Assembly (NCBI GenBank): GCA_041687695.1
Contig: JAWLBL010000056.1
Span: 1 to 13,660 of the forward strand
DNA from: Myxococcota bacterium
GTDB taxonomy: Bacteria > Myxococcota_A > UBA9042 > PHBI01 > JAWLBL01
Direction: 5' to 3'
DNA length: 13,660 nt
This document shows positions 1-7,918 of this stretch, piece by piece. The notes below the pieces were generated by a model. That model saw only the letters and a program-made list of their open reading frames with translations. It did no database searches and was not told where the DNA came from. Made by a program: the position numbers and the translations under genes. How positions within the stretch are numbered: position 1 is the stretch's first letter; each line of letters starts with the position of its first letter.

Positions 1-177
1 CTTCCCCCGCCGCCCCCTCCTCCCCCGCCCATCAGGCCACCCCGCCGCCCCCCGCCCCGGACCCGAGCGAGCGTCCGGTGGACGCCCCCGGAGCCCCCCT
101 CCTAGCGTCCCCCTCGGCCGCACGCGCGCCCCGCGCGCCCTCCGCCGCCGCCCCGCACGCCGCCCCCGGAGCCTCCC

Positions 178-1821
178 GTGCCGACGCCGCCCCCGCTCGC
201 CCTGAACCACAGCCCCGTCCCGGTCGCCCCCGCCTGGCCGACCCTCGCCGCCGCCCTGCGCGCCGCCGCCGCCGACGACCCCGACCGCCTCTACGTCGAC
301 CTCCTCGACGCCCACAACGCCTCGCACCCGCTCACCTACGCCGCCACCCTCGCCGCCGCCGAGCACGCCGCCGCCCACCTCCTCCACCGCGGCCTCACCC
401 CCGGCGACCGCGTCGCCCTGCTGCTCCCCACCGGCGCCGACTTCGTCACCGCCCTCTACGGCACCCTCCTCGCCGGCGGCGTCCCCGTCCCCTGGCCCGT
501 CCCCCTCGCCCCCGGCGGCGCCGACGCCTACCTCGAGACCACCGTCTCCCGCGTCTTCGCCCACTCCGGCGCCCGCCTCCTCGTCGCCGACCCGCGCCTG
601 GCCGCCCCCGCCGCCCGCCTCATGGCCGCCCTCGGCCACCCGGACGGCCTCCTCACCCCCGACGACCTCGCCCCCGCCGCGCCGCCCGCGCCCCTCCCCG
701 CCGTCGCCCCCGACGACCTCGCCCTCCTCCAGTACACCTCGGGCAACACCACCGCCCCCACGGGCGTCGCCCTCACCCACCGCCAGATCCTCGCCAACGT
801 CGACGGCCTCGGCCGCGCCCTCCGCCTGTCGCGCGACGACGTCGCCGTCAGCTGGATCCCCCCCGTCCACGACATGGGCCTCATCGGCGGCCTCTTCGCC
901 GGCCTCTACTGGCGCTACCCCAGCCACCTGATGGCGCCCGAGTCCTTCCTCATGCGCCCACAGCGCTGGCTCCAGAACCTGTCGACCTTCGGCGCCACCC
1001 TCTCGGCCGCCCCCAACTTCGCCTACGGCCTGTGCGCCCGCCGCGTCTCCGACCGCCACCTCGACGGCCTCGACCTCTCACGCTGGCGCCTGGCCCTGAA
1101 CGGCGCCGAGATGGTCCACGACGCCACCGTCCGCTCCTTCCTCGCCCGCTTCGCCCCGGTCGGCCTGCGCCCCGACGCAATGGTCCCCATCTACGGCCTC
1201 GCCGAGAACGCCCTCGCCGCCACCAGCCCCGACCTCGCCCTCGCCCAGCCCTACCGCACCCGCCCCCTGCCCGCCGCCCCCTCGCCCTGGCCCGTCCGCT
1301 CCCCGGCCTTCGCCCCCGGCGCCCCCGTCGTCTCGGTCGGCCGCCCCCTGCCCGGCCAGGCGGTCGCCATCGTCGGCCCCGACGACCAGGTCCTCGCCGA
1401 GGGCGCCATCGGCCAGGTCCTCGTCCGCGGCCCCTCGCTGATGCGCGGCTACCACGACGCCCCCCAGGCCACCGCCCGCGTCCTGCGCGACGGCTGGCTC
1501 CACACCGGCGACCTCGGCTTCATCATCGACGGCGACCTGCACATCGTCGGCCGCACCAAGCCCATGGTCATCAAGATGGGCCGCAACTACTTCCCGGCCG
1601 ACATCGAGCGCCTCGCCCGCGCCGCCACCGGCGCCTCCGCCGCCTCCGCCTTCCCCGAGGACGACCCCGCCTCGGGCACCGAGCGCCTCGTCGTCCGCCT
1701 CGCGGCCCCCGCCCCCACGGGCGCCGACCCCAAGCAGCTCGAGGCCCAGGTCAACACCGCCCTGCTCGCCGGCCTCGGCCTGCGCGCCGACCGCGTCGAG
1801 CTCGCCGAGGCCGCGCCATGA
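178..1821 (+). CDS. Fatty acyl-AMP ligase (FAAL)-like adenylate-forming enzyme, C-terminally shortened
   Basis: GTG start with GGAG 6 nt upstream and C-ending codon bias. ANL/FAAL motifs: LLQYTSGNT, VSWIPPVHDMGLIG, AAPNFAY, LNGAE, YGLAEN, GWLHTGDLG, GRTK..GRNYFPADIE. Stop overlaps the next start (ATGA, 1818-1821). Confidence 0.88.
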   Translation: MPTPPPLALNHSPVPVAPAWPTLAAALRAAAADDPDRLYVDLLDAHNASHPLTYAATLAAAEHAAAHLLHRGLTPGDRVALLLPTGADFVTALYGTLLAGGVPVPWPVPLAPGGADAYLETTVSRVFAHSGARLLVADPRLAAPAARLMAALGHPDGLLTPDDLAPAAPPAPLPAVAPDDLALLQYTSGNTTAPTGVALTHRQILANVDGLGRALRLSRDDVAVSWIPPVHDMGLIGGLFAGLYWRYPSHLMAPESFLMRPQRWLQNLSTFGATLSAAPNFAYGLCARRVSDRHLDGLDLSRWRLALNGAEMVHDATVRSFLARFAPVGLRPDAMVPIYGLAENALAATSPDLALAQPYRTRPLPAAPSPWPVRSPAFAPGAPVVSVGRPLPGQAVAIVGPDDQVLAEGAIGQVLVRGPSLMRGYHDAPQATARVLRDGWLHTGDLGFIIDGDLHIVGRTKPMVIKMGRNYFPADIERLARAATGASAASAFPEDDPASGTERLVVRLAAPAPTGADPKQLEAQVNTALLAGLGLRADRVELAEAAP

Positions 1822-2834
1822 CCCGACCCCTCCGCGCCCTCGTCATCGGCGGCACCGGCTTCCTCGGCCTCAACCTCGTCGCCGCCCTGCAGCTCGCCGG
1901 CCACGACGTCGTCGCCACCCGCCGCCGCTCCAGCAACACCCTGTTCGCCCGCCGCCTCCGCGTCCCCCTGGTCGACGCCGACCTCGACGCTCCGGCCTCC
2001 CTCACCGACGCCCTGCGCGGCCGCGACGTCGTCTTCTTCGCCGCCGGCCACTACCCCCGCTACTCGGTCGACACCGACGCCCAGGTCGCCCTCGCCGTCC
2101 GCCGGCTCCGCACGGCCCTCGACGCCTCCCACGCCGCCGGCGTCCGCCGCTTCGTCTTCACCAGCTCCGTCGCCACCGTCGCCCGCCCCCCCGACGACCG
2201 CCCCGCCCGCGAGTCCGACGGCCTGGCCGCCGCCCCACCCGGCAGCACCTACTTCGCCGTCAAGCTCGCCCTCGAGCGCGCCGCCCTCGCCCCGCCCCCC
2301 GGCCTCGAGGTCGTCGTCACCTGCCCCACCGGCTGCCTCGGCCCCTACGACCACAAGGTCGGCACCGGCTTCTTCCTGCTCGGCCTCCTCTCGCGCCGCC
2401 TCGACGTCTTCCTCGACGGCCGCATCAACCTGGTCGACGCCCGCGACGTCGCCCTGGCCCACCTCGCCGCCGCCACCCGCGGCGCCCCCGGCGAGCGCTA
2501 CATCCTGGGCGGCCACGACCTCACCGTCGCCGACTTCCTGGCCCGCGTCTCGCGCCGCTTCGACGTCCCCCTGCCCCCGCGCGCCCTCACCGCCGACCAG
2601 GCCCTGGCCTTCGCCACCGCCGAAGAGCAGCGCTGCCTGACCACCGGCCGCGGCCGCCCCGCCCTGTCGCGCGAGATGGTCGACGTCATCACCCACGGCC
2701 AGTTCGTCGCCATCGACAAGGCCCGCGCCGCCCTCGGGCTGCACCCGCGCCCGCTGGGCGAGACCCTCGACGCGACCGCCGCCTGGTACCGCCACAACGG
2801 CTTCATCCCTTCGACCGGAGCATCCCCCGCATGA
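1818..2834 (+). CDS. NAD(P)-dependent epimerase/dehydratase family extended SDR (DFR/HpnA-like)
   Basis: True start is ATG 1818 (MTRPLRALVIGGTGFLG) inside the track ORF 78..2834. Rossmann GxxGxxG, FVFTSS, catalytic YFAVK (YxxxK), and DARDVA..H..A...G..GERYILGG typical of DFR-like SDRs. Confidence 0.9.
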   Translation: MTRPLRALVIGGTGFLGLNLVAALQLAGHDVVATRRRSSNTLFARRLRVPLVDADLDAPASLTDALRGRDVVFFAAGHYPRYSVDTDAQVALAVRRLRTALDASHAAGVRRFVFTSSVATVARPPDDRPARESDGLAAAPPGSTYFAVKLALERAALAPPPGLEVVVTCPTGCLGPYDHKVGTGFFLLGLLSRRLDVFLDGRINLVDARDVALAHLAAATRGAPGERYILGGHDLTVADFLARVSRRFDVPLPPRALTADQALAFATAEEQRCLTTGRGRPALSREMVDVITHGQFVAIDKARAALGLHPRPLGETLDATAAWYRHNGFIPSTGASPA

Positions 2835-3115
2835 GCACCCCGACCGCCGCCCACGCCGCGCTGAGCGCCACCGTCTACGCCATCGTCGCCGAGCTGACCA
2901 ACGCCGCCCCCGGCGAGCTGCGCGGCTCCGACCGCCTGCGCGAGGACCTCGGCCTCGACTCGCTGCACAGCATGGAGCTGCTCAGCCGCGTCAGCGAGAC
3001 CTTCGACATCGACCCCGACCTCGAGACGGTCATGCAGGTCGCCACCATCGACGAGGTCATCGCCGCCCTGTCGGCGCACCTCTCCCCCGCGCCCTCCCCT
3101 TCGGAGGTCGCGTGA
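2831..3115 (+). CDS. Acyl carrier protein
   Basis: 94 aa, acidic, with the phosphopantetheine-attachment motif EDLGLDSL. ATGA overlap with the SDR gene and GTGA overlap with the next gene. Confidence 0.9.
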   Translation: MSTPTAAHAALSATVYAIVAELTNAAPGELRGSDRLREDLGLDSLHSMELLSRVSETFDIDPDLETVMQVATIDEVIAALSAHLSPAPSPSEVA

Positions 3116-4416
3116 AGATCGCCTTCGTCTACCCCGCCTTCGACCGTCACGCCGACTCGCACCCCGAGCTGCGCGAAGCCGTCCCCTGCGACGAGTACCT
3201 CGGCCCGCCCTCGCTCGGCATCGCCTCCCTCGCCGCCGCCACCCCGCCCGAGCACGACATCGTCTTCGTCGACGACCGCCTGACCCCGCTCGACCTCGAC
3301 CTCGACGCCGATCTCTTCGCCCTGTCCTTCTTCACGCCGGCGGCCACCCGCGCCCTGGCCCTGGGCGACGCCCTTCGCGCCCGCGGCAAGAAGGTCGTCA
3401 TGGGCGGCATCTTCCCCACCCAGATGCCCGAGGTCGCCGCCGCCCACGCCGACGCCATCGTGGTGGGCGAAGGCGAGCCCGTCTGGCCCCAGGTCCTCGC
3501 CGACGCCGCCCGCGGCGCCCTCAGACCCGTCTACCGCCCGGGCCCCCACGATCTGTCCACCTCGCGCCCGCCCCGCCTCGACCTCTACTTCGCCGCCGAG
3601 CGCGACGGCCACCGCCCCGACGACTACCCGCTGCAGCTCTCACGCGGCTGCCCGCTCGCCTGCGACGCCTGCGTCCTGCCCAGCCACATGGGCGCCCAGA
3701 TGCGCTTTTTCGACGAGCCCCTGCTCGAGGCGACCCTGCGCGCCTTCGCCGCCGCCGGCAAGCTGGTCTCGCTGACCGAGGACACCTCGCTCTTTGGCTT
3801 GCACGGCGCCCGCCGCCGCTTCCGCGCCTTCCTCGATCTCGTCCTGCGCCTGCAGGCCGAGGGCGTCCCCATCCGCATCAGCTACCTCGGCATCTCGATG
3901 CCGATGGTCCTCAACCTCGACGCCAGCCTCTTCGAGGCCCTGCGCGCCACCGGCATGGACCGCTTCTACCTGGTCGGCGGCTTCGACCCCATCACCCGCA
4001 AGGCCTTCGGCCCCGGCGACCCCAAGGCCCTCGACCGCGCCCGCCGCTGCATCGCCCGCTGCTTCGAGTACGGCATCGACCCCTACGTGTCGTTCCTGGT
4101 CGGCAACCCCGACGACGACGAGGGCACCTTCGACCGCATGCTCGAGTTCGCCGCCGCGACTGGCATCGATCTGGCCGAGTTCGCCGTCTCGACCCCCTAC
4201 CCGGGCACGCCCCTGTGGCACCGCTACCTGGCCGAGGACCGCATCCTCGACCGCACCTGGCGCCGCTACAACGACGCCAACGTCGTCTTCCGGCCCCACC
4301 ACATGACGCCCGAGCGCCTGCAAGAGGGGTACCTCTACCTGTGGCGCGAGTTCTACCGCAGCCGCCGCCCCGCCCTCGCCGACCGCGAGCACGAGCGCCG
4401 CACCATTCAGTTCTGA
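3112..4416 (+). CDS. Cobalamin-binding-domain radical SAM protein
   Basis: GTG start with GGAGG at 3103-3107. N-terminal B12-binding-like region (PPSLG..SLAA.TP, VVMGGIFPT, DAIVVGEGE); SRGCPLACDAC CxxxCxxC motif at 3649-3672; C-terminal TPYPGTPLW typical of this class. Confidence 0.9.
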   Translation: MKIAFVYPAFDRHADSHPELREAVPCDEYLGPPSLGIASLAAATPPEHDIVFVDDRLTPLDLDLDADLFALSFFTPAATRALALGDALRARGKKVVMGGIFPTQMPEVAAAHADAIVVGEGEPVWPQVLADAARGALRPVYRPGPHDLSTSRPPRLDLYFAAERDGHRPDDYPLQLSRGCPLACDACVLPSHMGAQMRFFDEPLLEATLRAFAAAGKLVSLTEDTSLFGLHGARRRFRAFLDLVLRLQAEGVPIRISYLGISMPMVLNLDASLFEALRATGMDRFYLVGGFDPITRKAFGPGDPKALDRARRCIARCFEYGIDPYVSFLVGNPDDDEGTFDRMLEFAAATGIDLAEFAVSTPYPGTPLWHRYLAEDRILDRTWRRYNDANVVFRPHHMTPERLQEGYLYLWREFYRSRRPALADREHERRTIQF

Positions 4417-4472
4417 CCCCGGCCCGTTCCGCCCCCGGCCGCCGCCCCCACCCGACACCCTGCGAGCCTCCC

Positions 4473-6101
4473 ATGACGACCCCGCCGCCCGCGCTCGACC
4501 CCTTCGACCACCTCTGGCAGGACGCCCGTGGCCTGGCCGACGCCCTGGTCGACCCCGGCCTCGACGCCGACGAGCGCGAGGCGCTGGCCCTGCTCCTGCC
4601 GTCCCTGGACGCCTGGGCCCGCCGCGAGGTCGACTCGGCCGCCATCGACGCCGCCAGCCACATCCCGCCCCGCGTCCGCCAGGGCGCCGCCTCGCTGGGC
4701 CTGTACGGCCTCACCATCCCCTCCGACTTCGGCGGTGCGGGCCTGTCCCTGCCCGCGGTCTGCCGCGTCATCGACGCCCTGGCCGCCCACGACAGCTCGC
4801 TCGCCGTCTCCGTCGGCCTCCACAACGGCCTGGGCCTCCAGGCCCTCCTGCGCCACGGCTCCCCCGAGCTGCAGGCCCGCTACCTCCCGGATCTCGCCGC
4901 CGGCCGCAAGGTCGCCGCCTTCGCCGCCACCGAGCCCGGCGCCGGCTCCCACATCGCTGGCGCGACCACCACGGCCACCTGGGACGGCGATCGCACCCTG
5001 ACCCTGTCGGGCGAGAAGTGCTTCGTCACCAACGGCGGCTTCGCCGACGTCTTCACGGTGCTGGCCCGCACCCCCGGCCTCGGCGGCGCCCGCCGCGGCG
5101 CCAGCCTCCTATTGCTCGACCGCGCCACCCCGGGCCTCACCACCGGCCCCGACGAGCACAAGCTCGGCATCCGCGGCTCGTCGACGACCAGCCTCTACCT
5201 CGACGGGGTGACCGTCGACACCTCGCGCGTCATCGGCCCCCCCGGCCGCGGCCTGGATCTCATGAACGAGGTCCTCGCCTGGGGCCGCACCCTCCTCAGC
5301 GCCGGCTGCGTCGGCACCGCCCGCGCTGCCTACCGCCGCGCCGTCCGCCACATCCTCGACCGCAGCCAGTTCGGCCGCCCCCTGGCCCGCTTCGGCCTCG
5401 TCCGCCAGAAGGTGGCCGAGCTCGACACCCTCCTCTTCGCCGCCGAGAGCCTCGTCCGCCTCACCGCCCTCCTCCAGGCCCGGCACGGCTCCGACATCAT
5501 CTGGGCCTCGTCGGTCACCAAGGTCTTCGCCAGCGAGACCGTCTGGCGCATCACCGACGACGCCCTCCAGCTCCACGGCGGCGCGGGCTTCATCGAGTCC
5601 ACCGGCGCGTCCCGCTCCCTGCGCGACTGCCGCATCACCCGCATCTTCGAGGGCGCCAACGACGTCCTCCGCACCCACCTCGCCACCGCCGCCCTGACCT
5701 TCCCCCCTCACCCCGCCCCCCTCTCCCCCGCCCCCCTCCTCACCCCTTCCCTCGCCCCCTTCGCCCTCCGCTTCGAGGCCGCCCACTCCGCCATCCGCTC
5801 CACCCGCTCCGACCTCCTCTCCGTCCACGGCCTCCGCCTCACCGAGCGCCAGCTCCTCCTCGCCCCCCTCGCCGACGCCCTCATCGCTCTCCTGACCTTC
5901 CAGGCGGTCCTCCTCCGCACCGACGGCCTCCTCCGCCACCTCCCCCCGGCCTCCCATCCCCCGCTCCTCGCCCGCCTCACCCACTCGGCCCACCTCCTCC
6001 TCGACCTCCAGCTCACCCCCTCCCTCGCCCTCACCCGCGCCCCCGACCTCGAACCCCTCACCACCACCCTCAGCGACCTCGCCTACGCCTCCCCCCTCTG
6101 A
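4473..6101 (+). CDS. Acyl-CoA (or acyl-ACP) dehydrogenase with C-terminal extension (VLCAD/ACAD9-like layout)
   Basis: Likely start ATG 4473 (MTTPPP); the track start at 4215 overlaps the radical SAM gene. Motifs GLTIP..FGGAG, AFAATEPGAGS, LSGEKCFVTNGGFAD, EHKLGIRGS, RSQFGRPL, ALQLHGGAGFI and RIFEGANDV (catalytic Glu). Confidence 0.92.
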   Translation: MTTPPPALDPFDHLWQDARGLADALVDPGLDADEREALALLLPSLDAWARREVDSAAIDAASHIPPRVRQGAASLGLYGLTIPSDFGGAGLSLPAVCRVIDALAAHDSSLAVSVGLHNGLGLQALLRHGSPELQARYLPDLAAGRKVAAFAATEPGAGSHIAGATTTATWDGDRTLTLSGEKCFVTNGGFADVFTVLARTPGLGGARRGASLLLLDRATPGLTTGPDEHKLGIRGSSTTSLYLDGVTVDTSRVIGPPGRGLDLMNEVLAWGRTLLSAGCVGTARAAYRRAVRHILDRSQFGRPLARFGLVRQKVAELDTLLFAAESLVRLTALLQARHGSDIIWASSVTKVFASETVWRITDDALQLHGGAGFIESTGASRSLRDCRITRIFEGANDVLRTHLATAALTFPPHPAPLSPAPLLTPSLAPFALRFEAAHSAIRSTRSDLLSVHGLRLTERQLLLAPLADALIALLTFQAVLLRTDGLLRHLPPASHPPLLARLTHSAHLLLDLQLTPSLALTRAPDLEPLTTTLSDLAYASPL

Positions 6102-6153
6102 CCTCACCCCGCTCTCAACCTCCGGCTCCCCTGCCCGGGATCGCCGGCTTCCA

Positions 6154-6326
6154 GAGGGTGTCGTATTGATGCCGGCGGAGGCGGCCCTGGAGTGCTCCGG
6201 CTTGCCGGAGCCCCGGCCCCGGCGGCTTGCCGCCGGGATCTGGCCGCCAAACCCGGCGCAGCAAGCTGCGCCGGATGAGTGCTCCACCAAGGTGGAGCAC
6301 TCCGGTTGAGCGTTTGCGACACCCTC
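6154..6326. mobile_element. MITE-like non-autonomous element, 173 bp
   Basis: Perfect 10-bp terminal inverted repeats GAGGGTGTCG (6154-6163) / CGACACCCTC (6317-6326), flanked by the direct repeat TTCCA (6149-6153 and 6327-6331). No credible ORF, and it lacks the C-skew of the flanks. Confidence 0.7.
6189..6303. repeat. Cluster of four perfect hairpins in inverted arrangement (REP-doublet-like)
   Basis: GCTCCGG-CTTG-CCGGAGC (6194-6211); CCCGGCGG-CTTG-CCGCCGGG (6218-6237); CCGGCGCAG-CAAG-CTGCGCCGG (6253-6274); GAGTGCTCCAC-CAAG-GTGGAGCACTC (6277-6302). The outer GGAGTGCTCC (6189-6198) and GGAGCACTCC (6294-6303) are reverse complements. Confidence 0.8.
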
Positions 6327-6431
6327 TTCCAGCCGGCCCGACCCGCCCCCCAACCCCGACCTCCCGCCCAGCCCCCGCCCCGGCCCCTCCACCCCTTGCC
6401 CATCACCCTCTCGCCGCGCCATGCTCCCCCC

Positions 6432-7805
6432 ATGGCCGACGATCTGCACTTCCTCGAGCGCCTCGACCGCGTCGCCTCGGACCAGGCCGAGCTCGCCCTG
6501 ACCCTCTACCGCGACTCCGAGCTGGTCTCGGCCCTCCTCGCCGACACCCGCCTGCCCCCAGGCGCCCCCCGCGTCGCCCTCGCCCTCGACGCCTCCCCCG
6601 AGCCCCCTCACGTCATCGTCGACCGCGCCTCGGGCGCCTTCGTCACCTGCCTAGCCTCCGGCATGCGCCTGACCGACGACCTCCCCGTCATCACCCGCGC
6701 CCAACTCGACGGCGCCACCGTCCGCCTCGAGCGCCTCCGCCAGGCCCGCGCGCTCGCCGCCGACCTCCCCCACGTCCGCCGCCAGTTCCAGCACCTCCTC
6801 ACCGCCGCCGAATCCCTCTCCCGCGAGGACCTCCAGCTCCACCTCGACCTCGCCCCCCTCCTCGGCGACCCGCTGCTGCAAGCCTGGAGCACCGTCAACA
6901 ACGACGCCGTCGCCCTCCGCGCCACCCTGAAGCCCGTGGTGGGCAAGACCCCGACCCCGGCAGACCGCGACCGCCTCCAGCACTTCTACCAACGCGCCTG
7001 GGCCCTCGCGCACCTCACCGTCCTGGTCGCCGCCGCCCACCCCACGGCCTTCGACCACCCCATCAACGCCGAGGCCCTCCCCAAGGCGACCCTGCACCTC
7101 CACGTCCTCGGCCCCTGGGCCCTCGGCGTCCGCGCCGTCTGGGCCGCCGCCCGCGTCGGCAAGCCCGTCCTGCCGGCCTACAAGTCCGGCCTCATCTTCA
7201 CCCGCAACGTCGAGGACCTCTTCAACCGCCACCTGACCCTCGGCGCCATCGCTCTCCGCCACGCCTCCCTCCGCGCCGAGGTCGTCAAGGCCCTCACCCT
7301 CTCGGCCACCGGCGCCACCCCCAGCGACCTGCAGGTCCCCATCCGCTACGCCGCCGAGATCCGCCGCGTCATCGCCCACCCCGACGCCAACTACGACACC
7401 CACCGCCGCGAGGCCCTCGCCCGCGCCTCGGCCCTCCTCGCCGCCCAGGCCGGCGTCCGCCTCCTCCGCCCCGACCAGCCCCCCGATCTTCCCGAGCCCC
7501 TCGCCCTCACCCTGTCGGCCCAGGCCCTCGACATCGCCAAGGGCACCTCCCGCGGCGGCCGCTTCGCCGGCCTCCACCTCCCCTGGCTCGCCCGCGCCGC
7601 CCCGCAGGACCTCTACCTCCCCGCCTCCCACCTCCACCTCGTCCGCCGCCGCTTCACCCCCGACCTCGCCTTCCAGCTCCTGCCCACCCTCGCCCACCTC
7701 AAAAAGCACGCCCCCCAACCCACCCGCGCCGCCCCCAAGGTCCCCCGCAACGCCCCCTGCCCCTGCTCCTCCGGCAAAAAGCACAAGCACTGCTGCGGCG
7801 CCTGA
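6432..7805 (+). CDS. Hypothetical helical protein with C-terminal SEC-C metal-binding motif
   Basis: Likely start ATG 6432 (MADDLHFLERLDR); the track start at 6279 lies within the repeat element. Strong C-ending codon bias. C-terminus KVPRNAPCPCSSGKKHKHCCGA matches SEC-C (RNxPCPCGSGKKYKxCC). Confidence 0.82.
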   Translation: MADDLHFLERLDRVASDQAELALTLYRDSELVSALLADTRLPPGAPRVALALDASPEPPHVIVDRASGAFVTCLASGMRLTDDLPVITRAQLDGATVRLERLRQARALAADLPHVRRQFQHLLTAAESLSREDLQLHLDLAPLLGDPLLQAWSTVNNDAVALRATLKPVVGKTPTPADRDRLQHFYQRAWALAHLTVLVAAAHPTAFDHPINAEALPKATLHLHVLGPWALGVRAVWAAARVGKPVLPAYKSGLIFTRNVEDLFNRHLTLGAIALRHASLRAEVVKALTLSATGATPSDLQVPIRYAAEIRRVIAHPDANYDTHRREALARASALLAAQAGVRLLRPDQPPDLPEPLALTLSAQALDIAKGTSRGGRFAGLHLPWLARAAPQDLYLPASHLHLVRRRFTPDLAFQLLPTLAHLKKHAPQPTRAAPKVPRNAPCPCSSGKKHKHCCGA

Positions 7806-7887
7806 CCGCCGCGCCGCCTATTAGACACCAGCTTCGACAGCGTGTGCATTGGCCGCCCTCGAGTAGCCCACGGCCCCCTCGCCTCGC

Positions 7888-7916
7888 TCGACGCCCCCGC
7901 CCACCCGTGCTAGGAA
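7888..7916 (+). promoter_or_regulatory. Possible sigma70-type promoter for the TA operon
   Basis: TCGACG (7888-7893), 17-nt spacer, TGc-TAGGAA (7908-7916), abutting the operator. Weak match to consensus. Confidence 0.3.
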
Positions 7917-7918
7917 TG

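Noticed and set aside
83..173. 13-bp direct repeat CGCCCCCGGAGCC at 83-95 and 161-173
   Set aside because: Low complexity in C-rich DNA with only two copies; the second simply contains the RBS.
78..1817. N-terminal 580 aa of the 918-aa track ORF (Pro/Arg-rich), suggesting an overlapping gene or FAAL-SDR fusion
   Set aside because: Shadow frame of the FAAL gene: C-ending codons suppress stops in the alternate frame. The SDR has its own ATG at 1818 in an ATGA overlap.
1818..4416. Hopanoid gene assignment (hpnA, hpnP/hpnJ)
   Set aside because: Family-level resemblance only. There are no squalene or hopene genes in the window, and the ACP/FAAL context points to acyl-chain chemistry.
6140..6340. 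CRISPR array, tRNA or 6S RNA interpretation of the hairpin cluster
   Set aside because: No identical direct repeats with spacers, no cas genes and no tRNA cloverleaf motifs. TIRs plus a target duplication explain it better.
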